This document shows positions 47,570-58,804 of a stretch of 64,000 bases of DNA, piece by piece. The notes under the pieces were generated by a model that made no database searches, was not told the DNA's origin, and saw only the letters and a list, made by a program, of their open reading frames with translations. The DNA lies in NCBI GenBank assembly GCA_022605425.2, contig CM061251.1:806001-870000 (forward strand), given 5' to 3'. The DNA is from Hamiltosporidium tvaerminnensis FI-OER-3-3. Its lineage: Eukaryota; Fungi; Microsporidia. Within the stretch, counting starts at the first letter, position 1, and every line of letters starts with the position of its first letter. Both the position numbers and the translations under genes were made by a program.

Positions 47570-49100
47570 ATCAGAATGATCTGGTTGAGATTTAAACCTA
47601 ATGATTTTTGAAATCATAGGTCTAATCTACTAGTAAATTATCAATAAATATTTGAAGTGGTTATATGTTAATTTTGATCTGTAAATATTCTTTATGTATC
47701 TAATTTTGCAGAATAGTTCTTCAGAAGATACATATTACCAAACGCTGGAATAAATGCTCGAGCAAATTCATAAACCTTGACAATTTTGTAATTGAAAACT
47801 TTTATAAAATTCAAGTAAATATGAATTACACAATTATATTTTTTTATTATCACAGGATTACATATCTATTATTTCCAATTGAAACTTTAAGGCGAGGATT
47901 TCCAAATCTGTAGAAAAAAAGTATTGGAAAATATAAATATTATTTACTATCAAATCGAAATAATAAAAAGTGAATTAAAATTATTTATAAAATATCTTAA
48001 TTAGCTAATGAAACTCTATTTGAATTAATTTCGCCGTTTGTTCACTAGGATTTTGGGCACGTAATTAATATGTGAAACTTTTTTTGTTTATTTGGATTAT
48101 AAAGAAAATTATTTTTTGACGAATGATCTAATATGACCGTATAATTCAGGCAGCATCTGATATTTTACTTGAATTTGGATTGAGATCATTCATATATTTA
48201 ATGGAATAAGTGGAAAAGACAATTTACATAACTATTCATTGCTTCGTAACCCAAAAGGGAGGCAATTCCCCTTTGATATAAAAATATTTCGATGATTTGT
48301 TATAAGTTTTAAACACTCGAGAAAAAGCTTTTCCGCTGCTGATCAACCAACTGCTGCAATATATAGGGCAAAAAATTTCTTCGATTTTTCACCAGATTCA
48401 CGAAAATAGATAAATTAAATGCTGATATTTTATATATTTAACAGTGGATATTTCGGTTATAACTTCGAACATTCCCCCTCATTTTCACATAACAACTTGT
48501 GATGAATAATACAATGTTTTTCAATGATTTCGAACTTCCTTCTTTTCTAACACCTGTCATACAAAAGTATTTACACAGTTATTTTTTTGCTCATATTTCT
48601 TCCGCCATCAGATGTATTTCACTTCAAGTTTCCCCATCGAAGGCTTTTCTTTGCAATAGATTTTTTTACAGAAGTGACATAATTTGCCTAAGGGTGTGTT
48701 ATGAATACTCATAATTTCTAAAAGTTATTCACATACTTCATCACTTAGATCAATTCCTCGAATAAAAAACAAACCCTAAGCTATAACTGAAGAATCAGTT
48801 GAATCATGGAAAGCCAAAAAAACCGTTTCAAATGTCTGTTTTTGTCGGACATTTGTGTAATTTTATTGTTTGCCTAATCGCCGCCTGCTCTACTCGCGTT
48901 TCTTTTGTCAAACAAACTGATGCTTTTTCAAATATATATTTTGGGGTAATTTACCAATGCAGCATGTCAAATAATCTCTAATAAACTTACTGTTTCTAAA
49001 TGTTATACTTCGCTTTGTAACAATTAAGTCATAAGAAAAACATCTTGGGTTGCTGCTTCTTGGTCAGCTTTACTTTCTTTATCAACGTTTGTTGAGATTT
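47570..49100 (-). mobile_element. hAT (Buster/Charlie/GTF2IRD2-like) transposase fossil
   Basis: In order on the minus strand: LAFHDSTDSSVIA*GLFFIRGI (DESTD), SDGG (TDGA), WLISSGK (RWLSRGK), MNDLN...Q, and AFGNMY..EELFCKIRYIKNIYRSKLT (hATC dimerisation). Many stops and frameshifts. Confidence 0.75.
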
Positions 49101-50249
49101 TAACCTGCATTTTTAACTTAAATATTTTTTAAAAAAAAATTTAGTATATTTCAAGTAATATATTGAATGTTCATTTAATGACGTTTTATTTTGTTATTAA
49201 TAAAGACTGTAATAGTTTAAATAGAACACGGGCCTTATTATATTACTCGACTTAATAACAAAGTTCCGAGCCTCCTATTGCTCTTTAAGGATTCTGAATT
49301 CACTTACCAACATTCTTTTACCCTCACTATTTATTCCATTCCAATTTAAAGCATGAACTATAAATACTGTTTGGCTAACATTCAATTTCTTTTAAAAAAA
49401 TAAACTAATAAGTTCTTTAGTGCATTATACATTCAGGAAAAAATAAAAAATTAGAAAAAAATTGATCAGTTGAAGGAAAACATTAAAGAATTTGGTTTTA
49501 ATAATTTTTATTAACAAAAACTATCAAAGGCACAGTAAAAATTTCAATAAAACTAAAAAGCTACAAAGACATAATATAGTATTTACTTACAGACAAAATA
49601 AGGAATAGATTGACATTTGACCATTACACCTGATTCTTGTAATGTAGATCAAGATATGATTACGATCAGAAAGATGATTATATCAGTCTTTTTGATTAAA
49701 CAGTGGGTCTTATTATGAAATTTAAAGTCAAATATAAAATCTGATGATCCATATCAACTAAATCAGTTTTTGTCTTTAATAATACAAATACGGGATTATT
49801 TTTTAATTTTCATGGACCTTCATCACCTTTATCATTGATAATATATGAAGAAACTAAGATGTGATAGCTGGACGGTTTTAGCCAAGCTAAAAAAGCAAAA
49901 AATCAATAAAAAGATGCTATTTATGCTTTTCAAGTGAAAATGATGGCTCTAGAAACTCTCATATCGAATTTGTGCATTTTTTCAAAGTATAAATCTCGAT
50001 TTTTATATCTATTCTTTTAACTTCAAATTACTAATCTAAAAACAAAATATATTCTTTAAATATCGCTAAAATAAATGAATATTTCTATGATCATATGTTT
50101 TTCAAACCATCAAAAATTTATTCCAAATAGAATCATTGTTAAATCTGCAAAAAAATTCAGTACTTTGACCTAAAGAATAATGATTAATTGGCCCTCAGAC
50201 CTTTTATATCGTCAAAACAGACCACCATCTAACTTTTTTTTTCGACATT

Positions 50250-51450
50250 CAATTTAGATAATCAGATTAAGCTTCATATACCCATACATTTAAAAAATTG
50301 CTGCACTATTCTTTCTCAATATCGAATTGCTTCAAATACCAACTCGACAAGTGCATTCGAGTACTTTCGATTCGATATTTTCTATTTTCTTTTGAGGTAA
50401 TTTCTAAGAAAATTAAATGATCAGGCTCTGAAACATTTCTATGAATTATAAATTAAATTTATTTGTTCAATTGTGGGTTTTGGGATTTTTTTGGCTGTAT
50501 TCGTCAAAAAATGTGATAATTTTTGAATGATTCTAAAGGTTACTCTAGCAATCGTCGTATGTTAAGCATTGTATCCTGCCACAAATAATAAACCTGTTTT
50601 TTCTTTCGTTCGCCAAATTTTCACCCAAATCATCCATCATTGGATCTAAAAATTTATTATCGCCAGCTTTTTATCTATATTGGCCTACCAAAGGATGTCT
50701 CCTGGTAAAAAGGCGTTTTTTTCATGTTAATTTTTCTTTTATTAAATCCCAATTTTCAGAGAAACTCTTACGAAGAAAGAATTTCTTAGCGTAGATTTAC
50801 GACTATCCTTTTACATACTTTTTTTTTCTAAAAAGAGTTGATTTTGTGAGATATTGTATCTATAGCATTTTAATATTAGCAATCTGGTGTTTCTTTGGAC
50901 ATATTCGTGGCCAGTATTAAAAATGCTTTTAGAGAATTGAAATCAGACGGCAATTCATTTTAAAATATTCAAATGATGTAACATTCTATAGTAACTAAGC
51001 AGTGTTTTTTACAGATTCATATTTACAAATAGTAAACGAAAATGCGCTCCGAAAATACTTTTTTTTACGTTTGTTTAAATAAAATTAGATTTATTTTATG
51101 TAGCCAGATACCGTTGTTTTAATTTGCTTAGAATTTCGCTCGCAACCAGTTTTATTGAGGACCTTGTTATTATACCGTTAAAGATGCGATTGTTGCCTTT
51201 GTTTAGACCAGAACTTCGTTGTTCGGTTCTTCATTAAATATATATCGCTATTTTCGTCTGGAAAATAACTCTTCCATCTTCTTCAGGTTAGCCTTCATGC
51301 TTGAATTAACGTTATTTAAATTATCTAGTCATTATTTCCATATTTCGATATTTAACAAAGTGGTTACCAGTCTGTTAATGATATCACGCTGTTTCACTTT
51401 AGTAAACCCAATTTTTAGTTTCTTCACCTTACACATTCTCAAACTGTGTT
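50250..51450 (-). mobile_element. pogo/POGK-like (HTH CENP-B + DDE_1) transposase fossil
   Basis: Minus-strand relics ELPSDF (QKLPxDY-like), HQIANI (QIGNxDET-like), LW*AN.K.W and RKKTGLLFV occur in pogo order. Very degraded. Confidence 0.4.
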
Positions 51451-51749
51451 AAGTTATGAAGTTTTTATTTTAAGGAAAATTCATTTTTAAAAATTGACTT
51501 CTCTTAAAATACAGAGGATTGGTTCTTGCTCGTCTGAAGTTTTGCATACTATTATTTTTTTTGTAACAGTAATATCCTAAACCGGTCGAATTCTTTATAA
51601 AATCTGCATTTGATCATTTTTTTTAATTCACCAAATCTTACTTCTCGAGTTTTTTGCGAGGTTAAATCTTCAAGCTGTTTGCTTTCTGATATTTTTACAA
51701 GGCTACGTATTTCTTTACATGATTCAAAAAAGAAGTACTATCTTTATTA

Positions 51750-52300
51750 CCCATTTAATCAATTCAAATTACTTCCATACAGACAATTTTTTAACTACAA
51801 ACCGTCAACTACCTGCATTATGTGGCTTCTATATATATACACAAACAATATTATCATACGCCATAATTATTTAAAAGTTATCACATCTACATTAGAACAT
51901 CGTCTCTGCCTACATAGATTACATACAAGAAGTATCGAAACCATTAAGAACATATTCGCTTTTGTAATGTTTCGCCAAATTAGATGAGTGCGAAGACCCG
52001 TATATGTTTTGTTGTGTAAAAAAAGAACTGTAGAAACGACCATATTTTTGATTATACTAAACCGATTCATCCAACACCATTCTTGATAATTCAAAGAAAC
52101 GAAGCTTCCTCTATCGTAGGGCAGTAATGTGTCTTTTATCTAATTCAGCATTAGGTCGCCAAAATATATTTATAAAATATTTTTGAAAATTTAGCATACT
52201 TACCTTTAAAAAAATATAGAATCTGTCGTTATTATTTTCGTTGGGATTCCCGTAAAAATTTTAAATATATCTGGGTACTATTAGCTCAGTTCTTCTATTT
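51750..52300 (-). mobile_element. Possible Merlin/ISXO2-like transposase fossil
   Basis: QEWCW...LHNKTYTGLRTHLIWRNITKAN and SHIMQVVDGL loosely match ISXO2 motifs (QWV.G; V.NR...TL..I...I.PG; GVHTQ.VE..W). Confidence 0.3.
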
Positions 52301-52769
52301 TTCATTGAACATAATTATTAAATCTAAATCAACGAAGTTTAAAAATATATTTAATATTCGAATTTTACTTGTGTTTAGAGCATTGGTTCTTTTTAACCGT
52401 TAACCTATATATTCTCAGTTCGATTGAATTCTGTTCCTTTAAGTCTTATTTACTTTAGTCTTATTATATTCCTATGATTTTACGCAAGTTTATTTACGTG
52501 TTTTCTAAGAATTGAAACCAAATATATTCTATTATCATGTACTTTTCCGTGTCTGAGAATATTTATTGTAAAAAGTAATAATAAACTTTTGAAAAATTCC
52601 TTCTCTTTTCATAATTTGGAGTTCTTTGGGATAAAGTTTTTAGTCTCATGTAAGTACTTTTATGTTTTACCAAGACTTTGCGCTGAAAAATACTCGAAAA
52701 GCTACAGCCTTAGAAAAGTCCAAAAGAACTTCTTAAAAAATTTAGAAAGTTTAAAAATTAAATTCTTTC

Positions 52770-54180
52770 AAGAGAATATCACATATTTATAAAAATATGA
52801 CATATGTATTATCGTTTTCGTGATATTAACATAGTTTTAGGGTTAAATAGATAACTTCATCTCTAACACATCAACGTTATCTCTTATAATATCTAAAACG
52901 CAGAGATTATTATCATAAACAGGTATCTCATATTAGTCTGCGGCCATATTTTTCTGCCCCGCCACGAATTTTGTAATAGAGGAAATTAAATCAAAAAATG
53001 AAGATAAATCGTCCAATAAAAATTGAAATTATAGATAATTTAGGCATATATTTGTAATGTAAAAAGATTAATAGAGTTTTCACTGTATTTTAAACTGTGA
53101 AATTTCCTTTTTTTTGATTATTTTATACTAAAAAATGAAATGAATTAACAAAAAATATGTGGCACAATTTACTATTATAGAGATTGGTGTAGTTGCGATT
53201 TTTCAATGCTATTTTACTAAAATTTATGTTAAATTTACGACTAAAAATTACCAGTAACGACTTAGACCGCTTATTTGTCAATTAAGATCTGTAAATAGTT
53301 TTTTTATATTTAATTTTGGAGACAGTTTCTTTGGACAAATATGTAGAGCCGAAAGCGGAATTAAAACCTCGAGAATATCTATTAACGTGATTAAATACCG
53401 GTTCTGAAGACTTTTAAAAAATTTAGTAATTTTTTTCTATTTTTGTATAGAAATATCATTAAATACCTGTTTATTTTTATGAAGATCTACATCAACCTTA
53501 AAATTTTAATAATTAAAATTTCAGAAATATATTCCTGTATGGTGGCATAAAAAGCAATGATTTCTTGGACCGAGTGACTCATTTTAAACGTCATTTTGGT
53601 TCGCGAGCCAAAAATGTTTGGAGACCCTTGATCCAGAGATATATAGAACCCATTATTAGCAATAAATTAATTGAACCTCACTAATGTATGTTTCCCGGGG
53701 TTTGATTGTATTTTGTAACTGTGTACAAGCCCAAAAAACCAGAGCATTTACACATACTGTTCCCTTTTCAAGTTTAAAAAAACTTCTCATCGAGATATAT
53801 ATTAGAGAGTTAGACAGTGTCTTTTAAACGTTGCCATATCACATAAATTAGGATAATATGCAATTAAACATTCTAGCAAATGAGGCCATGATTTCAATGT
53901 ATATAAGACCAAGTCTTATAAGCCGAGTGAGACAAAGTTTTTTGAGGTTTATGATAATTAACCAAACCTATAATCATGATTTACGATCTAGTTACATCAA
54001 AAAACTACAAATTACCGTTATAAAAAACAATTCTAATAGAATAATCATCCGTTATACGAATTCCCATAAAAATCCTAAAAATTTAGAATTGCTTTCATAC
54101 CTACCACGAAAATGTAAAACTAATATTTGCACTAATCGTTGCTAAATATATGTTTTAACGTATGATTAGCTCCATTCAAC
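52770..54180 (-). repeat. Dispersed family A, copy 5 (inverted), split by a hAT MITE
   Basis: 52805-52919 matches the reverse complement of 17100-17209. 53631-54180 continues it (GATATATAGAACC, CAAGTCTT, TCTAGTTACATCAAAAAACTACAAAT, TTAGCTCC). Confidence 0.75.
52920..53630. mobile_element. Non-autonomous hAT element (MITE), ~710 bp
   Basis: Ends CAGGTATCTCA... and ...GTTTGGAGACCCTTG (Buster/Charlie-type TIR CAGGGGTCTCCAAAC). It precisely interrupts family A. The 8-bp flanks ATCATAAA/ATCCAGAG are only partly matched. Confidence 0.65.
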
Positions 54181-54769
54181 CCTCGAAAAAATTCAAATTT
54201 ATATATTAGTTATACAATTTAATTAACCTCTTTGAATTTCAATAAATATTACCTTAATAATTATAAATTTGATCTATATGATTAAGATTTTAATTTGTAA
54301 ATATACACCATAAATTAACTTCATACAGAAATATTCTTCTGATAAAAAAAACATTTAAATCAAATAAAAATATAAAATACAATTCATCAAGAAAAGGGTT
54401 TGGAGAAAAAATAGAATTAAAAATCCATATGAAATTCTCGTTAATAATATAAATCAGCGACAAGATATTTTCATCTTTCCCAAAGTCTTTAATATACCAA
54501 CTCTTCACTTTCAAATTCTAAAAATAAAATTAAAAATACAATTAAAAATACAATTAAAAATAATTAAATATATTCATATATTCAGTCTTCAATTCTTTTT
54601 AATCATTTAATCATCTGATTATCTAAAACTTAAATTAAATATAAAAAAGAAAATACTTTTGATAAAACTTAAAAATATAATTTAAAAACCAAAGACATAA
54701 ATTTACCTATAAATTGAATAAACAATCAATCAAAAATAAACAATCAATAAAAAATTAAGAAAAACATAA

Positions 54770-55030
54770 ATAAATCACTAAAAAATTAAGAAATAAAGAA
54801 TTAAGAATTAAGAATTAAGAAATAAATTAAGAATTAAGAAATAAATAAAAAAAGAAATAAAGAAATAAGAAATAAATAAATTAAGAAATTAAGAAATAAG
54901 AAATAAAGAAATAAATCAATCAATCAGTAAAAAATTAAGAAATAAATAAATTAAGAATTAAGAAATAAATAAATTAAGAATTAAGAAATAAATAAGAATT
55001 AAGAAATAAAGAAATAAGAAACAAAATTTA
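54770..55030 (+). repeat. Low-complexity (T)AAGAA(A/T)T array upstream of the 733-aa gene
   Basis: Repeated TAAGAAT/TAAGAAATAAA units. Confidence 0.85.
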
Positions 55031-55346
55031 AAAACATCAATCAATCAGTTTCTTAAAAAAATAACCAATCAGTAAAAAATGCTTTAACAAATAAAAAATA
55101 TTTTTTCTTATAATTTATTTATAAACATTAAATTTAAAACTTTGTTTGAAATTAAACAAACCAATTTAATCACTTATCTCCTTTAAAACCCACACCGCCA
55201 ATAGTTTTATAAATTTTATATTTTTATCAAAAAAAATGTTTCACCAATCAACCAATCATGAAATAAAAAAATTTCTTTTTCAAAACAACAAAAAGAAAAG
55301 AAAAAACCCCTAATATAAATATTTAAGCATAAACAAAACTAAAATA

Positions 55347-57548
55347 ATGGACAACAAAGAAAGAACAGAAGACTTTATTACAAATAAAAGTTTACAAACC
55401 ACAGGAAATGACACAATTGCATCTATAAAGCTATCCTATGCTTCTCCAGATATAAGAACTTTTACAGATTTAAATTTAAAAAGATCTTTTGATAAAATTA
55501 TTGAATTTCTCCAAATTCTCCCTAAAAAACCAAATACTGACTGTTTTTTATGTCAACAGTTATCAAATCAATCTACTGAATATACAGTCTACGAATTAAT
55601 TAAAGACTATTCTAAAGCAATATTCTGTATATCACAGCACACAGAGAAAACCAAAGACACACCTCAACTTCCCAAATCTTTAATTCTTCACTCAATTTTT
55701 TTAGAATTTTCTGTTCTAAACGAAATAGCAGAATTCCCACTTTCAGTACAAGAAATACTAAACGAATCTCTCAATACCACCTTCAATACAAGCATGAGAG
55801 ACCAACTTGTTGCCACAAGCAAGTCATTTGTCCTTGACACCTCAATAAATATCTACTGTGAACAAGATATAGAATCACTCACATATAAAATTTATAAAAA
55901 AGCACACATCTACTCAGAAACAACCTACACACCCAAAAACACAACTCTCACCCATTTTGAAACAGATTTAATTCTTTTTCTTCTCGCCAAACGAAAAGAA
56001 ACAAGCAGATTCTTCAAAATATTCGAAACCACAGAAAAATCCTTATTTAGATACAAATTAGCCTTAATTTTAACATTAAACGGTGACAGTGAAAAAACAA
56101 GCGAACAGCTCATCAAAGAAACAGAAAGACAAAATTTTATTTTCAAAAGAAATTGTTTTTGTAAAAAATGTATTTACTGTGAAACAGAAGACATTCAAAA
56201 TTTTTACAGTAAAACCAACACGGAATATTTAAGTGAAATTTTAAACAACAAAGAAACAGAAGTGAAAGAATTTAGAGACAGGGAAACTCTACAATATACT
56301 AAAGACAGCAGAGTGGGTAAAGAAAGGGAAGATAGAGACAGGGAAGGTAAGGACAGGGAAGATAGAGGCAGGGAAGGTAAACACATATTAGATAAACACA
56401 TATCAGCTAAACACATAGAAGGTAAAGACAGTAATTATATCAGAGATACCAGTATGGATAAACAAAACAATACTCCACATTTTTCTGTATCAAACTGGTT
56501 TGAAACCTTAAATTCTTATTACGATTGGCTAGAATGTATAAGAATTTGGAATTTAAACAGAGACATAGAAGAAAACGTAGATACTTCTATGTTAGATGTC
56601 TGTTTAAAATCACAAAAATTTGAAGAAGGTTGGATTATTTGGGAAACTAAAAAACCAGGAACTGACCTTTGTATTGTAAAAATATGTTTGTTATGTGTCA
56701 GAGCACTTAAGAATTATAAAGACTGTAGAGAATGTAAAGAATGTAACAGAGAAAGTGTAGAATTTGAGAATAGTTATGAGAAATTTGAGAATGAAGAATA
56801 TAAGGATATAAGTAATAACAGTGATACAAATATGAGTAATAACAGTGATACAAATATGAGTAATAACAGTGATACAAATAGTAAAAGTAATACTAACAGT
56901 AATAGCAGTATTACAAATACAAATAATACTACCAATAATAATAATATTACTAATATCTACTATTCAGATAAATGGGTTGTTAGACTTGCTGAAGTACTAA
57001 GATATGTGGCAGCTGGTCATATGAAGGATACCTGTTGTATTATAACTATGGATATTTTATCTGAAATAGTGGATATGGAAGAAGGAAAGAGACTTTTAGT
57101 TTTAAATTTAATTTTAGAGATTTTATGTGATGGAAGTGAAATAAAATATGATGATGAAATAGTACATGTGTTGATGAAAGGATTGCTATTACTTTGTGTA
57201 AACTGCAATGATTCTAAAGTGACATGTGAGGTATGTCTTTCTTATGCGGATAGGGTTTATAATCATTGGCATAAAAGTAGAGAAAGAGGTTTCTTTAAAA
57301 TATTTTTTAAACCTAAAATGACTTGTCTTTCTAATAAAATATTTTGTGATATGTTAAGCTTATGTGAGTGTGTAAAAGAGACAGGATGTTTTAAAAAAGT
57401 ATTAAAGGATCTTATAAAAGGAAATGAAGAGATAAATAAAGATTTGTGTTGTAGAGTGGAGAAATATCATCGAAGTAGGCAATGTAAGTGTGGGTTGGGT
57501 GTTAATGACGGTAAGAAGCTTATAAAGCATGTTATAAGTGAGAATTAG
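55347..57548 (+). CDS. Unknown Cys-rich, largely helical 733-aa protein with low-complexity inserts
   Basis: 2.2-kb open frame; AACCCC about 35 nt upstream; AATAAA just after the stop. Internal repeats (REDRDREGKD)x2 and (SNNSDTNM)x3. One PPR-like segment DTSMLDVCLKSQKFEEGWIIWE. Confidence 0.85.
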   Translation: MDNKERTEDFITNKSLQTTGNDTIASIKLSYASPDIRTFTDLNLKRSFDKIIEFLQILPKKPNTDCFLCQQLSNQSTEYTVYELIKDYSKAIFCISQHTEKTKDTPQLPKSLILHSIFLEFSVLNEIAEFPLSVQEILNESLNTTFNTSMRDQLVATSKSFVLDTSINIYCEQDIESLTYKIYKKAHIYSETTYTPKNTTLTHFETDLILFLLAKRKETSRFFKIFETTEKSLFRYKLALILTLNGDSEKTSEQLIKETERQNFIFKRNCFCKKCIYCETEDIQNFYSKTNTEYLSEILNNKETEVKEFRDRETLQYTKDSRVGKEREDRDREGKDREDRGREGKHILDKHISAKHIEGKDSNYIRDTSMDKQNNTPHFSVSNWFETLNSYYDWLECIRIWNLNRDIEENVDTSMLDVCLKSQKFEEGWIIWETKKPGTDLCIVKICLLCVRALKNYKDCRECKECNRESVEFENSYEKFENEEYKDISNNSDTNMSNNSDTNMSNNSDTNSKSNTNSNSSITNTNNTTNNNNITNIYYSDKWVVRLAEVLRYVAAGHMKDTCCIITMDILSEIVDMEEGKRLLVLNLILEILCDGSEIKYDDEIVHVLMKGLLLLCVNCNDSKVTCEVCLSYADRVYNHWHKSRERGFFKIFFKPKMTCLSNKIFCDMLSLCECVKETGCFKKVLKDLIKGNEEINKDLCCRVEKYHRSRQCKCGLGVNDGKKLIKHVISEN

Positions 57549-57589
57549 GTTAAATAAAGGGGTTTTATTTTAAAGTAATATTTTATATA

Positions 57590-57912
57590 CAAGGGTATTG
57601 TTATTTAAGAGGGTGTTAATCAATAGTATTGTTAGTTAAGAGGGGTGTTAATAAGGGTTTTGTTATTTAAGAGGGTCTTAAAAAGTATTGTTATTTAAAG
57701 GGGTGGTAATCAATAGTATTGTTAATTAAGGGGGTGTTAATATACTACTATAACCAAAGGATGTTAATATATTACTTATAACTAAAGGGGTTTTAATATA
57801 TAATTTATAACCAAAGGGTGTTAATATATTACTTATAACCAAAGGGTGTTAATACATTACTTATAACTAAAGGGGTGTTAATATATTACTTATAACCAAA
57901 GGGTGTTAATAT
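57590..57912 (+). repeat. ~30-bp minisatellites between convergent genes
   Basis: GTATTGTTATTTAAGAGGG(T)GTTAAT x5, then TTATAACCAAAGGGTGTTAATATATTAC x6. Confidence 0.85.
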
Positions 57913-58130
57913 AAATAATACTTACTTCCTAATCTCTATCGTTTATACAAAATAAATTAAATTTTATTTAAATTTCAAATATTCATTTACATTTCCCACT
58001 CATTTAAAATTTCAAATATTTATTTAAAACTTCGTACAAATTTACACTTTTCTAACTTATTTACACTTTTCTAACTCATTTAGATTCCAAACTCATTTAA
58101 AATTCCAAACTCTTTTAAAATTTCAAATAT

Positions 58131-58781
58131 TTATTTACATTTTTCTTGAGAACCACTCATTAATAAAATTCTTTTAAGTAACTTATTAACTAAAAAATAA
58201 CAAAAAAACCAAACAGTGTTTTCATACGGAGCAATACGATTCTCTAAAGAATAAATAATACAATCTTTAAAACAAATATCTTTATCAATATTTAAAAAAA
58301 TAATATCTATTGTTTCTGTTATCTGTGAATGTTTAGTAGACATTGTAATATAATTTGTTATTGAAGTTTTTAATTCTGAAAAATTCTTTTTTTCAAAAAA
58401 ACTTTCATCAAAATTATGAAATCCGTATTCTGGAAAAGAAAGATTTATTATTGAAGTAAACGATAGAAGTAAAGAAGTTTTAGAAGATGAAGTATGTGGT
58501 ATATTATTTGGTATATTATTTGGTATATTATGTGGTGTATTATTCGGTATATTATTTTCAAATGTTAAAGAGTTATTGGCATTATTTTCAGATATTAATG
58601 ACTGGTTGGGTGAATAATTTGTACAAATTTTATTTTTCATAAAAATTTCTTCTTTTTTCTGTTTGCGTGTCTTTTTACACGAATACATTTCAGTAAATAA
58701 AGAAAGAGACGGATTTAAATATTCTAAAGATCTGAGAATTTGATTGCACTTTGAAATACATGGAACTTCTAAATATCGCAT
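58131..58781 (-). CDS. MAF1: Maf1, repressor of RNA polymerase III
   Basis: MRYLE (MKFLE-like), EMYSCKK (ESYSCK), INLSFPEYGF (LNASFPDYDF), IDKDICFKDCIIYS, VWFFCYFLVNKLLKRIL (WSF.YFF.NKKLKRI). AACCCCA before the ATG. Confidence 0.9.
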   Translation of the reverse strand: MRYLEVPCISKCNQILRSLEYLNPSLSLFTEMYSCKKTRKQKKEEIFMKNKICTNYSPNQSLISENNANNSLTFENNIPNNTPHNIPNNIPNNIPHTSSSKTSLLLSFTSIINLSFPEYGFHNFDESFFEKKNFSELKTSITNYITMSTKHSQITETIDIIFLNIDKDICFKDCIIYSLENRIAPYENTVWFFCYFLVNKLLKRILLMSGSQEKCK

Positions 58782-58804
58782 TGGGGTTATTAAAAGATTA
58801 ATTT

